A stretch of DNA of 59,907 nt from a virus (lineage: Duplodnaviria > Caudoviricetes): the IMG/VR virus record IMGVR_UViG_3300033141_002124, positions 1 to 59,907 of that record. One strand, 5' to 3'. Below, piece after piece: positions 1 through 9,022 of this stretch. The notes under the pieces were generated by a model that was given only the letters and a program-made list of their open reading frames with translations, had not been told where the DNA came from and did no database searches. The translations under genes and the position numbers were made by a program. Each line of letters begins with the position of its first letter. Within the stretch, counting starts at the first letter, position 1.

Positions 1-1
1 A

Positions 2-394
2 TATCTTGGAGTTGCAGGAGTTATTATTGGTATTTTCTACTTACTTTATATCTTGATTTCAAGTTGGGGTCAAGCCGTTGTCAACAAATATCAACGTGGT
101 AAGAAAGTATGGTATATCGAACCATTAATATATCTTGTATGGTATCCTGTGAAATATTTGGCTCTTACAATTGCATTTATTGTTGTCAAGATTATTTGGA
201 TTCCCATCAAATTCATCTTCTATACTTTACTTTTCGAATGGTTTGCAAAGCCTATCGGTCTTTTCATTGGAAGAGGGTGTGTTAGTCTTTTCAAAGGCAT
301 TGTCGGAAGTACAGGTATCTTTGGTGAATACTTCGGAGCGAGTTACAGTGATTTCTGCCCGGGTCTCGAATGGGTTGATTTCGATGAAGAGTAA
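2..394 (+). CDS. Membrane protein, 5'-truncated by window edge
   Basis: Frame is open from base 2 (YLGVAGVIIGIFYLLYILISSWG...); several hydrophobic segments. Confidence 0.7.
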   Translation, partial: YLGVAGVIIGIFYLLYILISSWGQAVVNKYQRGKKVWYIEPLIYLVWYPVKYLALTIAFIVVKIIWIPIKFIFYTLLFEWFAKPIGLFIGRGCVSLFKGIVGSTGIFGEYFGASYSDFCPGLEWVDFDEE

Positions 395-419
395 TTATTA
401 ACATTAAAAGCAAAAAGTC

Positions 420-1019
420 ATGTATATATTTCTATTATCAATATTAGTTGTTTCATTCATATCCCTGTGTTTCTTCAAAAAAAGATTCTGGGAAAACAGA
501 TACTTAGTTTTATTAATAATTGGTGGTGTGGCACTTGTTGCCACTCTCACCACCAATTATGCTACTCGTGGTAGTCTTGGTACGAAGGTAGAAACCATTT
601 GGCAGAAGCCAATCCAAATGTTCGCAGTTAATGATTCGTTTATCGTAGACACTATACCAATTAGTATTGATGAAGAACTAAGTTTTATTGACCATCGTGC
701 TTATTCGAAAGACACTATCACACAAAAAACATGGACAACAATTCTAATTCATGGTAATAAACGTGAAGATTTGAGAAAAGTAGGATATTATTTAGAAGAT
801 AAAGCTAAATATAAGTATTTAGAACACGTTTATATTGCTCCAAGTGAATCTGATACCATTGCATATTTTACAAAAAAGAGATTGTATTACGACAATAAGC
901 CAAATAAATGGCTTGCCGATTTCAGTCTTCCACATATTAAAACCATTAAGTGTTTTTATATACCACCAACACAATATGCTGCATTACCTGATTCATTAAT
1001 AAGGGAACTTCCCTTCTAA
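420..1019 (+). CDS. Hypothetical membrane-anchored protein
   Basis: 199-aa ORF with two N-terminal hydrophobic helices; A-rich leader before ATG. Confidence 0.7.
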   Translation: MYIFLLSILVVSFISLCFFKKRFWENRYLVLLIIGGVALVATLTTNYATRGSLGTKVETIWQKPIQMFAVNDSFIVDTIPISIDEELSFIDHRAYSKDTITQKTWTTILIHGNKREDLRKVGYYLEDKAKYKYLEHVYIAPSESDTIAYFTKKRLYYDNKPNKWLADFSLPHIKTIKCFYIPPTQYAALPDSLIRELPF

Positions 1020-1029
1020 AACGAAAACC

Positions 1030-1275
1030 ATGAAAACGAACTTAGCAAAGATTCTCTGGAAAAAAGAGAAAATACATTGGAATAGAACAATGGGTGTATT
1101 TACCAAATTTAATAACTGGTTTGGTAAACTAACCTTTGGTCTTCTCATTGCCATTATTGGAACAATCGCACATTATTGTTTTGCACTGATGCACACCTTA
1201 TATGAAACGCTTTTATGGGTGTTCTTCAGAAAAGCATTTAAAGCGAATTTACAAAAATTAGCATTAAGAATATGA
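1030..1275 (+). CDS. Small hypothetical membrane protein
   Basis: 81 aa with central hydrophobic stretch; ATGA overlap with next gene. Confidence 0.6.
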   Translation: MKTNLAKILWKKEKIHWNRTMGVFTKFNNWFGKLTFGLLIAIIGTIAHYCFALMHTLYETLLWVFFRKAFKANLQKLALRI

Positions 1276-1790
1276 GTTTATTTGTAGTAGACGTAGAATC
1301 AGATGGTGGACTCCTTGGAGTCAATAGTATGGTGTGTTTTGGTGTAGTCAAATTGACCCCCGAACTCGACACCACTTTTTATGGGCAAACGAAACCTATT
1401 TCAAAACAATACGAACCCGAAGCACTTGCAGTAAGTGGGTTCAGTAGAAAAGAGCACGAGAAATTTGATGACCCAGCAATTGTTATGTTGGAGTTTGAGG
1501 CTTATCTGAAAGCCAATTCTAAGAATAGACCGATTCTGATTTCAGATAATAATGGTTATGATGCCAGTTGGATTAATTGGTACTTCCTCACGTATCTCGG
1601 TAAGAACCCATTCGGTTGGTCATCAAGACGAATCGGTGACCTTTACTGTGGAATGATGAAGGACACGTGGGCGGGATGGAAGAAACTCCGTACCACCAAA
1701 CATACACACCATCCTGTGGATGATGCTATGGGCAATGCAGAAGCACTGCTTAAAATGAAAGAAATGGGTTTAAAAATTGATACAAAATAA
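1272..1790 (+). CDS. DEDDh 3'-5' exonuclease (RNase AS/DnaQ-like)
   Basis: ExoI VVDVESDG, ExoII NNGYD, ExoIII HHPVDDA motifs. Confidence 0.85.
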   Translation: MSLFVVDVESDGGLLGVNSMVCFGVVKLTPELDTTFYGQTKPISKQYEPEALAVSGFSRKEHEKFDDPAIVMLEFEAYLKANSKNRPILISDNNGYDASWINWYFLTYLGKNPFGWSSRRIGDLYCGMMKDTWAGWKKLRTTKHTHHPVDDAMGNAEALLKMKEMGLKIDTK

Positions 1791-1796
1791 TTAACA

Positions 1797-2069
1797 ATGA
1801 ACAAAAATCATAATATATTTAGAGACATCCTATTTATATTTCCAGTAATGGGATATTATGCTCTGGAAGCATTACTCGTTGGAATAGTAATTTCTATTGT
1901 TTGGAAATTATTTCTGAGCAATTTTTTTGGCAACATCGGATATCTTCAAATCGTTACAATTTACTGGATTATAAAAATGTTGTTATTCAATGTATTTAAT
2001 TTAATAGCAGGTTTGAATTCTGCTGGTAGTAATATGCAAAAAGAATTTGAAGAAAATGAGATACAGTAA
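1797..2069 (+). CDS. Small membrane protein
   Basis: 90 aa, two hydrophobic segments, tight operon spacing. Confidence 0.65.
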   Translation: MNKNHNIFRDILFIFPVMGYYALEALLVGIVISIVWKLFLSNFFGNIGYLQIVTIYWIIKMLLFNVFNLIAGLNSAGSNMQKEFEENEIQ

Positions 2070-2274
2070 AGCAAACCCCAGACTAACAGTCAAATTTGTT
2101 GACAGTGACACCAATGAGATTCTTTTCGAAGTAAAAGACAGAACATGGATGAATGTATCTGAACTCCTGACCGATGGTGCTATCACCAACATCATGAAAA
2201 ACGAATGGAAAAACAGAGAACTACCTGATAACCTAATGGTGCTCGTAGTCGGTGAATTCCAATTAAAACAATAA
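2056..2274 (+). CDS. Hypothetical protein
   Basis: ATG at 2056 within ORF 2047..2274; fills operon gap. Confidence 0.6.
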   Translation: MRYSKANPRLTVKFVDSDTNEILFEVKDRTWMNVSELLTDGAITNIMKNEWKNRELPDNLMVLVVGEFQLKQ

Positions 2275-2277
2275 TTT

Positions 2278-2305
2278 TGTAACATTTTTCTCTGGTTTTC
2301 GTATA
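2278..2305 (+). promoter_or_regulatory. Putative ECF-sigma promoter TGTAAC-N16-CGTATA
   Basis: Matches generic ECF AAC(-35)/CGT(-10) pattern with 16-nt spacer; 25 nt upstream of ATG 2331. Confidence 0.45.
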
Positions 2306-2330
2306 ATCATTGAAACAAACAATAATTATT

Positions 2331-2873
2331 ATGAAAAAATTAATCGGATTATTCGCAATTTTGTTTATTACTACAGGGGTTTTCGGACAAAAATTTATTC
2401 GAGACCATTCGTTTATCAAAGCGACACCCACTGGAAATAACACTATTGAAGACGCAATCAATAGGACTAATATCAACTATACTGATTTTGATTGGATACA
2501 TTACGTCCATTTCATTCAGAATGACAGATTATTTTTGCTGTCTTATGAACCCAAAGAAAGGAGAATGTATGCTGGGTCTCGAAGTATCTACCTTTACAGT
2601 AAAGATATTAATGATGTCAGCAGTCCTTGGGAAGAAGCATCGGATGTCGTAATGACTAATCAGTGGATGAATGCTAATAATCATGATGAAGTCGATTTCT
2701 TCATATATAATGAAAACAAACACAATACCAGTGTTGGGAAAGTTGTTGTTAAGGATGATTGTGTCGAAATAACAATTGGTTGGGAAATGTGGTGTAATGG
2801 TAGACTCCAAATTAATGAACCAATAACAATAACGTTTACACCTGTAGGCAATAACATATATGCACATCAATAA
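2331..2873 (+). CDS. Secreted hypothetical protein
   Basis: Bacteroidota-style signal peptide MKKLIGLFAILFITTGVFG|Q from ATG 2331. Confidence 0.7.
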   Translation: MKKLIGLFAILFITTGVFGQKFIRDHSFIKATPTGNNTIEDAINRTNINYTDFDWIHYVHFIQNDRLFLLSYEPKERRMYAGSRSIYLYSKDINDVSSPWEEASDVVMTNQWMNANNHDEVDFFIYNENKHNTSVGKVVVKDDCVEITIGWEMWCNGRLQINEPITITFTPVGNNIYAHQ

Positions 2874-3310
2874 TGGCTGTCGTTGTCCCATACAAGGAAA
2901 CAAATGGTAGCGAGAGATTCAAGAAGTTTCTCGCTACTCCTTTTACAATCGACATCCTATACCCCGTTTTCGGAAATAAATCCAGAGACACCTTATTTGA
3001 TGAATGGCGGGGAAAAGATATGTTGAATGGTTGGTCTAAGTTTACCAGTGATGATTATACGTTGGAATTCTATCCAACCTATTATACCATAAAGAAAAAT
3101 AAACCAATTGATAGCATTAAATATATGTTGTCAATACCAGAAACAATTGATGATTTCATCAATGATATGAATAGATTTGGGGTTCTACTCTACTGGACAG
3201 ATTGGATTGACCAGAACTTCGAACCAAAAGAATATCTTCATGTTGATGAAATCAAAAATTATTGGATAAACCTACTCGCAAAAATGGGTAAGTCGCAAGA
3301 ATTATTATAA
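2873..3310 (+). CDS. Hypothetical protein
   Basis: 145-aa ORF, TAATG coupling to upstream gene. Confidence 0.7.
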   Translation: MAVVVPYKETNGSERFKKFLATPFTIDILYPVFGNKSRDTLFDEWRGKDMLNGWSKFTSDDYTLEFYPTYYTIKKNKPIDSIKYMLSIPETIDDFINDMNRFGVLLYWTDWIDQNFEPKEYLHVDEIKNYWINLLAKMGKSQELL

Positions 3311-3336
3311 TTCTTGCATATTTGTTTGTATTTACC

Positions 3337-3344
3337 TATATTTG
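3337..3344 (+). promoter_or_regulatory. Bacteroidota housekeeping -7 element (TATATTTG)
   Basis: TAnnTTTG consensus just upstream of ATG 3362, with TTG further upstream. Confidence 0.6.
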
Positions 3345-3361
3345 CAATTAATTAAAATACT

Positions 3362-4099
3362 ATGGAGAAACAGGATTTAAAACTGTGGAATAATATTACG
3401 TTTAAAACTCAAGGATATCGTAAGAATTTTGACCTTATAAACGACAACGAAAAATTCATTACCGAATACGAGGGAACTATTACCGAACTCAGAATTGGGG
3501 AACGTAAACCACCCCGTCCAATGGGAGAATATAGTTTTTCAGTTTGGAATATCGGGTTGGGTGAGAAGTTCGATGTTGATTTTAACAAATTACTTAAACA
3601 ACATGGTGCTGATGACCTATATAGTGAGTTGGTTGATATGATTAAGGAAGACGAAATTAATATAAAAAAATATAAAAAGATTGTGTTGGTTCAGACACTT
3701 GTATTAAGTAAAGAATATCGTAAACGTGGTGTTACCGAAGAGTTTGTTGAAATGCTTTACCGAGATTTTTATTGTGATGACGTTGCAGTTATCATGCTTG
3801 TTAAACCATATCAAGACAATTTACTTAATACAGAATATTTTAGACATAAAAAAGTGCTTGTCAGGGAAACATTGAAACCAGCCGATGCAATCGGTGTTTT
3901 AGCAACTGAATATTATTCATTAAATGAATTGTTAAGTAAGAATGATACCGAATTTAACGAATATAAGTTATTTGCTGTTGTTAATAAGTGTGGTTTTCAG
4001 AGACTTAACGGTTCACATCTCTTTCTTCTTTCACCTAAAAAAATTGAAGAAAGAATGGTTGAAAAACAAAACATCTCACAACAAGTTGAAACTGAGTGA
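3362..4099 (+). CDS. Putative GNAT-fold acetyltransferase
   Basis: Acetyl-CoA motif A-like LVLSKEYRKRGVTEE and downstream KCGF. Confidence 0.55.
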   Translation: MEKQDLKLWNNITFKTQGYRKNFDLINDNEKFITEYEGTITELRIGERKPPRPMGEYSFSVWNIGLGEKFDVDFNKLLKQHGADDLYSELVDMIKEDEINIKKYKKIVLVQTLVLSKEYRKRGVTEEFVEMLYRDFYCDDVAVIMLVKPYQDNLLNTEYFRHKKVLVRETLKPADAIGVLATEYYSLNELLSKNDTEFNEYKLFAVVNKCGFQRLNGSHLFLLSPKKIEERMVEKQNISQQVETE

Positions 4100-4120
4100 G
4101 TGGCATTTTTACAGAAAATT

Positions 4121-4130
4121 AGTATTTATA
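4121..4130 (+). promoter_or_regulatory. Conserved AGTATTTATA motif (putative late promoter)
   Basis: Same motif and orientation as upstream of many minus-strand genes; 11 nt before ATG 4142. Confidence 0.6.
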
Positions 4131-4141
4131 TACACGAAATA

Positions 4142-4321
4142 ATGAAAACTTATTTTAATATATTGAAATTATTAACAAGGGGGATGCCCCGAAAACGAAC
4201 TTCAGATGGTTTTAACCAACTGAACTTCACGATACCCAGAAAATTTAAATTTTCTGGGCATTTTCATTTAAATACCGTCTTAATTCCAGACGGTTGGCTG
4301 AAAGTTGCCGTGCGCAACTAA
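4142..4321 (+). CDS. Small hypothetical protein
   Basis: ATG 4142 in ORF 4100..4321, immediately after motif. Confidence 0.4.
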   Translation: MKTYFNILKLLTRGMPRKRTSDGFNQLNFTIPRKFKFSGHFHLNTVLIPDGWLKVAVRN

Positions 4322-4361
4322 TTGATTATCAGTCACAAATAATCTTATTAAATATAAATAT

Positions 4362-5249
4362 ATGAAAAAAACAAAAACTGTTATCGCAAAAGTTGCATTT
4401 ATTATTTTAGTAATATCTGCAATTTTTAGTATTGGTGGTGGTATGTCATCACCGATGCAAGCAAATAGTGATGGGGTTGGACGAACCCATAATTCACGAC
4501 TGCAATTCGAGAACATGGAGTTGAGGAAAGAGTATATTGAATTAGAAGAAAAATTAAAAAAAATGGAAGCCGTAGCAGCAGAAATTCAAGAATTTGATAA
4601 TGTTTTATATTCTCAGGTTCTTGGAGTGGATTATGACACCACAGGTTTCTATCTATATAGGAATGATAGTATTGATTTTGCTATCCAACATTATGATACC
4701 ATTTTTAGTGAAATTGACAACAGAACATTTTACGTAGCAGAAATGTTATCAACACAATTAGTGAAGTTACAGGAAACCTCGCATCTTTTTAAAAACAATA
4801 AGAATGCGATTCTTTACTATCCAACAATTTCACCTGTGAAGACCAAGGATTTCATTTGTATTAGTTCACCATATGGTTGGCGTGAACACCCAATTGAGAA
4901 GAAACCTTTGTTTCATGAAGGAATTGACATCAGTGCTAATATTGGGTCTGAAGTTTATTCAACAGCACAAGGACGTGTGGTGAAGATAATGTATTCGAAA
5001 TACGGGTATGGTAATAGAATCTTAATAAAACACGCATATGGATTTGAAACTCTTTATGCTCACTTGGATAACATCAAAATTAAAAATGGTCAATGGGTAC
5101 GAAAGAACCAATTAATTGGTACTGTTGGTAATACTGGTCGTAGTACAGGACCGCACTTGCATTATGAAATACATAAAAATGGTGAACCCAGAGACCCATT
5201 AGGATATTTTTTCACACATATGACGGATGAACTGTTGGCAATGAACTAA
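4362..5249 (+). CDS. M23 family peptidoglycan endopeptidase with N-terminal TM and coiled coil
   Basis: HEGID and HLHYEI zinc motifs, YGNRI...TLYAHL, GNTGRSTGPH. Confidence 0.92.
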   Translation: MKKTKTVIAKVAFIILVISAIFSIGGGMSSPMQANSDGVGRTHNSRLQFENMELRKEYIELEEKLKKMEAVAAEIQEFDNVLYSQVLGVDYDTTGFYLYRNDSIDFAIQHYDTIFSEIDNRTFYVAEMLSTQLVKLQETSHLFKNNKNAILYYPTISPVKTKDFICISSPYGWREHPIEKKPLFHEGIDISANIGSEVYSTAQGRVVKIMYSKYGYGNRILIKHAYGFETLYAHLDNIKIKNGQWVRKNQLIGTVGNTGRSTGPHLHYEIHKNGEPRDPLGYFFTHMTDELLAMN

Positions 5250-5257
5250 AATTTTAT

Positions 5258-5265
5258 TACATTTG
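5258..5265 (+). promoter_or_regulatory. Bacteroidota -7 element (TACATTTG)
   Basis: TAnnTTTG 4 nt before ATG 5270 (transcript would be nearly leaderless). Confidence 0.45.
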
Positions 5266-5269
5266 CTAC

Positions 5270-5584
5270 ATGAAAACATTTATTAGTACAGCACACGAAG
5301 AAGAAGATTCGAATAAAAGCAGGATATTTGGTGTCTTGCTCAATTCAGATGAAGACGGCAAGCGTGTAGATAGTCTGATTTACGTTTATCGTAACAACAG
5401 AAAGATGTATATATTCTTTAATACAATTATTGACATGAATGAGTTCTTATTATATGGTGATGGTAAGTTTCAAAGAGCATATATAAGTGAAGATGATTTT
5501 GACCAATATTGGGACGCACCACATATTGATGGAAAATTTACAGACCATCTTGTGTGGACAACAAAAACCACCCCTCAGAGTTGA
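5270..5584 (+). CDS. Hypothetical protein
   Basis: 104-aa ORF with own candidate promoter. Confidence 0.65.
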   Translation: MKTFISTAHEEEDSNKSRIFGVLLNSDEDGKRVDSLIYVYRNNRKMYIFFNTIIDMNEFLLYGDGKFQRAYISEDDFDQYWDAPHIDGKFTDHLVWTTKTTPQS

Positions 5585-5660
5585 TTTGAGGATATTCTGA
5601 GGAATATAAACAGAATTGTGTGGCAGAAGACCTTTTAAGTATTAAGTGTCTTAAAACGGC

Positions 5661-6602
5661 TTAAAACTTCCTTTTAGTTGGTTCGAATACTTCAATTCGG
5701 TTTGAATCAAACGCTGTTTTATACCCTTCGTCCCACCAAGCATTCATTTCTTCTTTATTAAAGATTAATGAATTTGCACTAAGTTTCCTTGGAAGCCAAT
5801 AAATTGTTACTTTAGCACCTTGTCTATTAAGTCTTTTTATCTTTTCATGAAAATAATAAAACTCAATATCGTGTCGCATCACATTAATAGTTGTATTAAT
5901 ATTTTCACTCAAATTATGAATTTTATTTCCTTCAAAAGCATCAATATTTTTTACTCTATGTAAAATAATATCAATTTCCTTATAACCTCTCATACTCAAT
6001 TGGTCAAGTCCAATTAAATCGGTTAATCCACCGTCACCCCATAAACCAACATGAAACTTCCCGTCACCATTTCGCCAACTTTTTTTTACCATTGAAGTAA
6101 AAAATGGTAGGTTTGCACTACACCATATCCAGTCTTTAAAATCCTCATATTCCTCATCCATTGAATTAAAGTAATGGATTTTAGATGGTACTTGTGCAAA
6201 ATTCTGTGTTCCTACAAGAACTTCCTTATTTTGATTCCGTAATTCATCAAATTGGTGTTGATTAAAATATTCATCAATCCTTTTTCTTAAAATGTGGGAA
6301 GTATATATTGTTTTCTGACCTAACAATAATGTCATCAATACTGGTAGTTTTCTGATTCTACCTTTTTTTGTGAATGGTTTTCCTTTATACCAACACCCAT
6401 CATAAACATCACAATTATCTGCTGTGATATATGCTGTTCTCAAATATTCCCATTCTCTTAAAGCAGTGTGTGGTGCTAAAAGACTTCCTGTTGAAACACC
6501 AATCACGGTATCATAATCACCATCAATTCTTTCAAGTGTTCCACCACCATACGCACCCCAAGCACCGCCTCCTGAAATTAAACATGCTTTTTTAATTGCC
6601 AT
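5661..6602 (-). CDS. Patatin-like phospholipase
   Basis: GGGAWG oxyanion loop, GVSTG nucleophile elbow, DGG catalytic Asp motif. Confidence 0.9.
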   Translation of the reverse strand: MAIKKACLISGGGAWGAYGGGTLERIDGDYDTVIGVSTGSLLAPHTALREWEYLRTAYITADNCDVYDGCWYKGKPFTKKGRIRKLPVLMTLLLGQKTIYTSHILRKRIDEYFNQHQFDELRNQNKEVLVGTQNFAQVPSKIHYFNSMDEEYEDFKDWIWCSANLPFFTSMVKKSWRNGDGKFHVGLWGDGGLTDLIGLDQLSMRGYKEIDIILHRVKNIDAFEGNKIHNLSENINTTINVMRHDIEFYYFHEKIKRLNRQGAKVTIYWLPRKLSANSLIFNKEEMNAWWDEGYKTAFDSNRIEVFEPTKRKF

Positions 6603-6614
6603 AATCACATTTTA

Positions 6615-6623
6615 TATAAATAG
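6615..6623 (-). promoter_or_regulatory. Late-type motif variant CTATTTATA
   Basis: Upstream of patatin start, directly downstream of a terminator. Confidence 0.5.
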
Positions 6624-6655
6624 AAAAAAAGGGTAAAACAAACGTCTTACCCTTT
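6624..6655 (-). terminator. Rho-independent terminator
   Basis: AAAGGGTAA...TTACCCTTT stem with T-tract on minus strand after 6678..7457. Confidence 0.7.
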
Positions 6656-6677
6656 CAAATAATCAATAAAAATGAAA

Positions 6678-7457
6678 TTACAATTGTCTCAACCCATTCA
6701 TTAACTGAATAACAAGATTCGTTTGAGTTGCGGATTGCAACGATACAAACTCCAATGCTTTTTCACTATCCTCATTTACAATTTCCCAATACTGTCTTGA
6801 TACTTCATCAAGGGGTAATAAATCCACTGTTTTTTTCAATCCCATAAAATCGGCAATCAACATTAATGGCATTCTATCGTATCCATTAAATTTCCAAACA
6901 TCAACAGTATCAATCACACCAGACTCCCAAGGTTTGATTCCAAGACTTCTTTTAAGAATCAACGGAATACCTTTTTCTAATTTGTCTTTATGTTGTATAC
7001 ATTTTTTAATTAAAAGCGGTATGTCGTAACTTATTATATTATGTCCACAAAGGATTGGAAAGAATTGTGGTGTTGATTGAATTGCTTCAGTTGATATCAT
7101 ATATAATTCTTCTAAGAAAGTTGACAAAACAATATACTCGTCTTCATTAATGATTTTCTTCATATAACGTTTGAGTGTGTTGTTTTCATTATAAACCCTT
7201 GCATATGTTATTGCAACAATCTCATTGAATTCAGGATACTTTACTGCGTTTTGCTCATATACCGTTTGTGCTTTAGTATCTTCAGGATATTCATTATTAT
7301 GCTTATTCTTCGCCAGATACTCCCAACGTTCAAACATTGCTTTATTTTCTTTTTTTAGTTGTTCAAGTGTGGGGAATGTGAGAACGGTTTTAGAATTGAA
7401 GAAAAGCATTTCGTGTATGCCTTGTGCGTTAAAAACGTCATCGAATAGTTGTGCCAT
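6678..7457 (-). CDS. PolB-related 3'-5' exonuclease-like protein, catalytic residues degenerate
   Basis: GHNIISYDIPLL and IDTVDVWKF resemble the DNA_pol_B_exo2 family; ExoI reads FFNSKT instead of FDIET. Confidence 0.65.
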   Translation of the reverse strand: MAQLFDDVFNAQGIHEMLFFNSKTVLTFPTLEQLKKENKAMFERWEYLAKNKHNNEYPEDTKAQTVYEQNAVKYPEFNEIVAITYARVYNENNTLKRYMKKIINEDEYIVLSTFLEELYMISTEAIQSTPQFFPILCGHNIISYDIPLLIKKCIQHKDKLEKGIPLILKRSLGIKPWESGVIDTVDVWKFNGYDRMPLMLIADFMGLKKTVDLLPLDEVSRQYWEIVNEDSEKALEFVSLQSATQTNLVIQLMNGLRQL

Positions 7458-7473
7458 TGTAGATTATTTTATA

Positions 7474-7481
7474 CAAACATA
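7474..7481 (-). promoter_or_regulatory. Bacteroidota -7 element (TATGTTTG)
   Basis: TAnnTTTG on minus strand upstream of ATG 7457. Confidence 0.5.
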
Positions 7482-7488
7482 GTTAAAA

Positions 7489-7818
7489 TTATTCAATATT
7501 GAAAATAAAATGTAAAAATTTTACAATTGCTGGTCTTTTTTCTTCCCTGACTTCATCATAGATGTTCTGAACATCTTCGAGAGTATATGATTTTAATTCA
7601 TCTTCTTCGTAGATATCACCAGCGTGCTTTAAAATGTATGGAATTATTTTGACTTGGGTGAGTTTCTTTCTTTTCTTTTTCTTGTCAATTTCCTTTATAA
7701 ATTGACCACCCATTTCCTCGAAATCTAATGCTGTATTTTTCTTGTTTCTTTCAGCATCTTCTTCAAGGTGCTTATTGTAAGCAAGAACACTCATGTCATT
7801 GTCTTCATCAATAGGCAT
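7489..7818 (-). CDS. Hypothetical protein
   Basis: About 110-aa ORF in operon. Confidence 0.65.
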   Translation of the reverse strand: MPIDEDNDMSVLAYNKHLEEDAERNKKNTALDFEEMGGQFIKEIDKKKKRKKLTQVKIIPYILKHAGDIYEEDELKSYTLEDVQNIYDEVREEKRPAIVKFLHFIFNIE

Positions 7819-7820
7819 CA

Positions 7821-8384
7821 CTAATTTTCTTTAATTGATTCAATGTCTTCGGTTTCTTCGGTAACAGTACTGTGAGATTTTTTCTCAGCATCTTTTTTGG
7901 GTGTTCGAGGTGCTCTTGGCTTCCTTATTTGTTTGGGTTTATCAGCAGTAGCCTTGGGAGCAGCAGGTTTTGATTCATCCAAAGTTTTATCGAAATTATC
8001 ATTGTTTTTCTTAAATGAGTTTTCCTTTAATTCATCGAGTTCCTGATAAAACTTCTTGGCTTCTTCTTCCAAAATACCTTTCATTTCTTGCATTTTGTTA
8101 GTAAATTGCTTTTCTTTTTCAGCAATTTTTTCATTGGTTTTGATAATTACTTCGACAAAAGTAATTAAGTCATCAACATAAATATCGTTTTTCTTTGGGA
8201 AAACTCTAATTAATTTACCAATATCATTTTCCATAACGACTTCACAATCAATATTACTGTTTTCATCGAAAACCCATGATATGGGTAATCCCATCTCAAG
8301 TTCCCACCAACCTTCAACAGTATTTCTCGTAAAAGAAGTTATGTAGCCGTTTGTGGGTTCTAATTGTTTTTCAATTGGTTTCAT
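7821..8384 (-). CDS. Hypothetical coiled-coil protein with Lys/Pro-rich tail
   Basis: 187 aa; charged helical middle; KPRAPRTPKK tail. Confidence 0.7.
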   Translation of the reverse strand: MKPIEKQLEPTNGYITSFTRNTVEGWWELEMGLPISWVFDENSNIDCEVVMENDIGKLIRVFPKKNDIYVDDLITFVEVIIKTNEKIAEKEKQFTNKMQEMKGILEEEAKKFYQELDELKENSFKKNNDNFDKTLDESKPAAPKATADKPKQIRKPRAPRTPKKDAEKKSHSTVTEETEDIESIKEN

Positions 8385-8582
8385 TTATCCAAAAATATAT
8401 GTGAAAAAAACTGCAATGGACATCCAAAGCAATATTCTTTCGGTTTTACTTAATAAAAATTTTGTCTCGTTTTTTAATTTAAACCTACCATACGTTTTTA
8501 TGATTAAGTTACTGAAAACATAAATCATAAAAACGATGGAAGAGATAAATAAAAACTGATATATTTCAGTTATTAATGTCAT
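8385..8582 (-). CDS. Small two-TM membrane protein
   Basis: 65 aa, two hydrophobic helices. Confidence 0.6.
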   Translation of the reverse strand: MTLITEIYQFLFISSIVFMIYVFSNLIIKTYGRFKLKNETKFLLSKTERILLWMSIAVFFTYIFG

Positions 8583-8585
8583 CAA

Positions 8586-8897
8586 TTATTCTCCATGACT
8601 TTGCCCCTTATGAACATTTCCTGCTGGCTTCTGTGCTGCTGGAGCAGGTACAGGAGCAGGTGCTGCCTTTGGTGCGCCTTCTTGTGTTGGAGCAGGTACT
8701 GCTGGCTCTTGGAAATATTGGTCAACCAATCCAAGTTTTGCATTGGTAATTGCAAGGGTTTCAAGTTCAAGATTCATTGAATCGATTTTTGTTCTATAAC
8801 TCATATTTGGTTCTTGTGCCAAACGCACTAATTCAAGTTCTGCGTAAAATTTTTCGTTGTTTAACTTGTTAATAAGGTCAAGTTTTAAATTTGCCAT
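8586..8897 (-). CDS. Hypothetical protein with Pro/Ala-rich C-terminus
   Basis: 103 aa; PAVPAP...APAPVPAPAA linker. Confidence 0.7.
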   Translation of the reverse strand: MANLKLDLINKLNNEKFYAELELVRLAQEPNMSYRTKIDSMNLELETLAITNAKLGLVDQYFQEPAVPAPTQEGAPKAAPAPVPAPAAQKPAGNVHKGQSHGE

Positions 8898-8959
8898 AAT
8901 TGTTTCTTCTTTTTAAATAAAATAATTTTCTTATAATTGTTAAGTATAACTTGTTGTTA

Positions 8960-8998
8960 TATATATGGTAATACGAGTGTAAATTAAAAATCTTGAAT
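8960..8998 (-). promoter_or_regulatory. Putative phage/ECF promoter TTCAAG-N16-CGTATTACCATATAT
   Basis: Near-identical bipartite copy at 47095-47133 with the same spacing. Confidence 0.6.
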
Positions 8999-9022
8999 TA
9001 AATGGAAAATTTTTTATATTAT

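Noticed and set aside
4353-4360. T4-type TATAAATA late promoter in sense orientation before the M23 gene
   Set aside because: Single instance abutting the ATG in an AT-rich gap; all other copies have the opposite orientation
5572-5660. Terminator or ncRNA between convergent genes (CCTCAGA...TCTGAGG)
   Set aside because: Short imperfect stem overlapping the CDS end, with no T-tract
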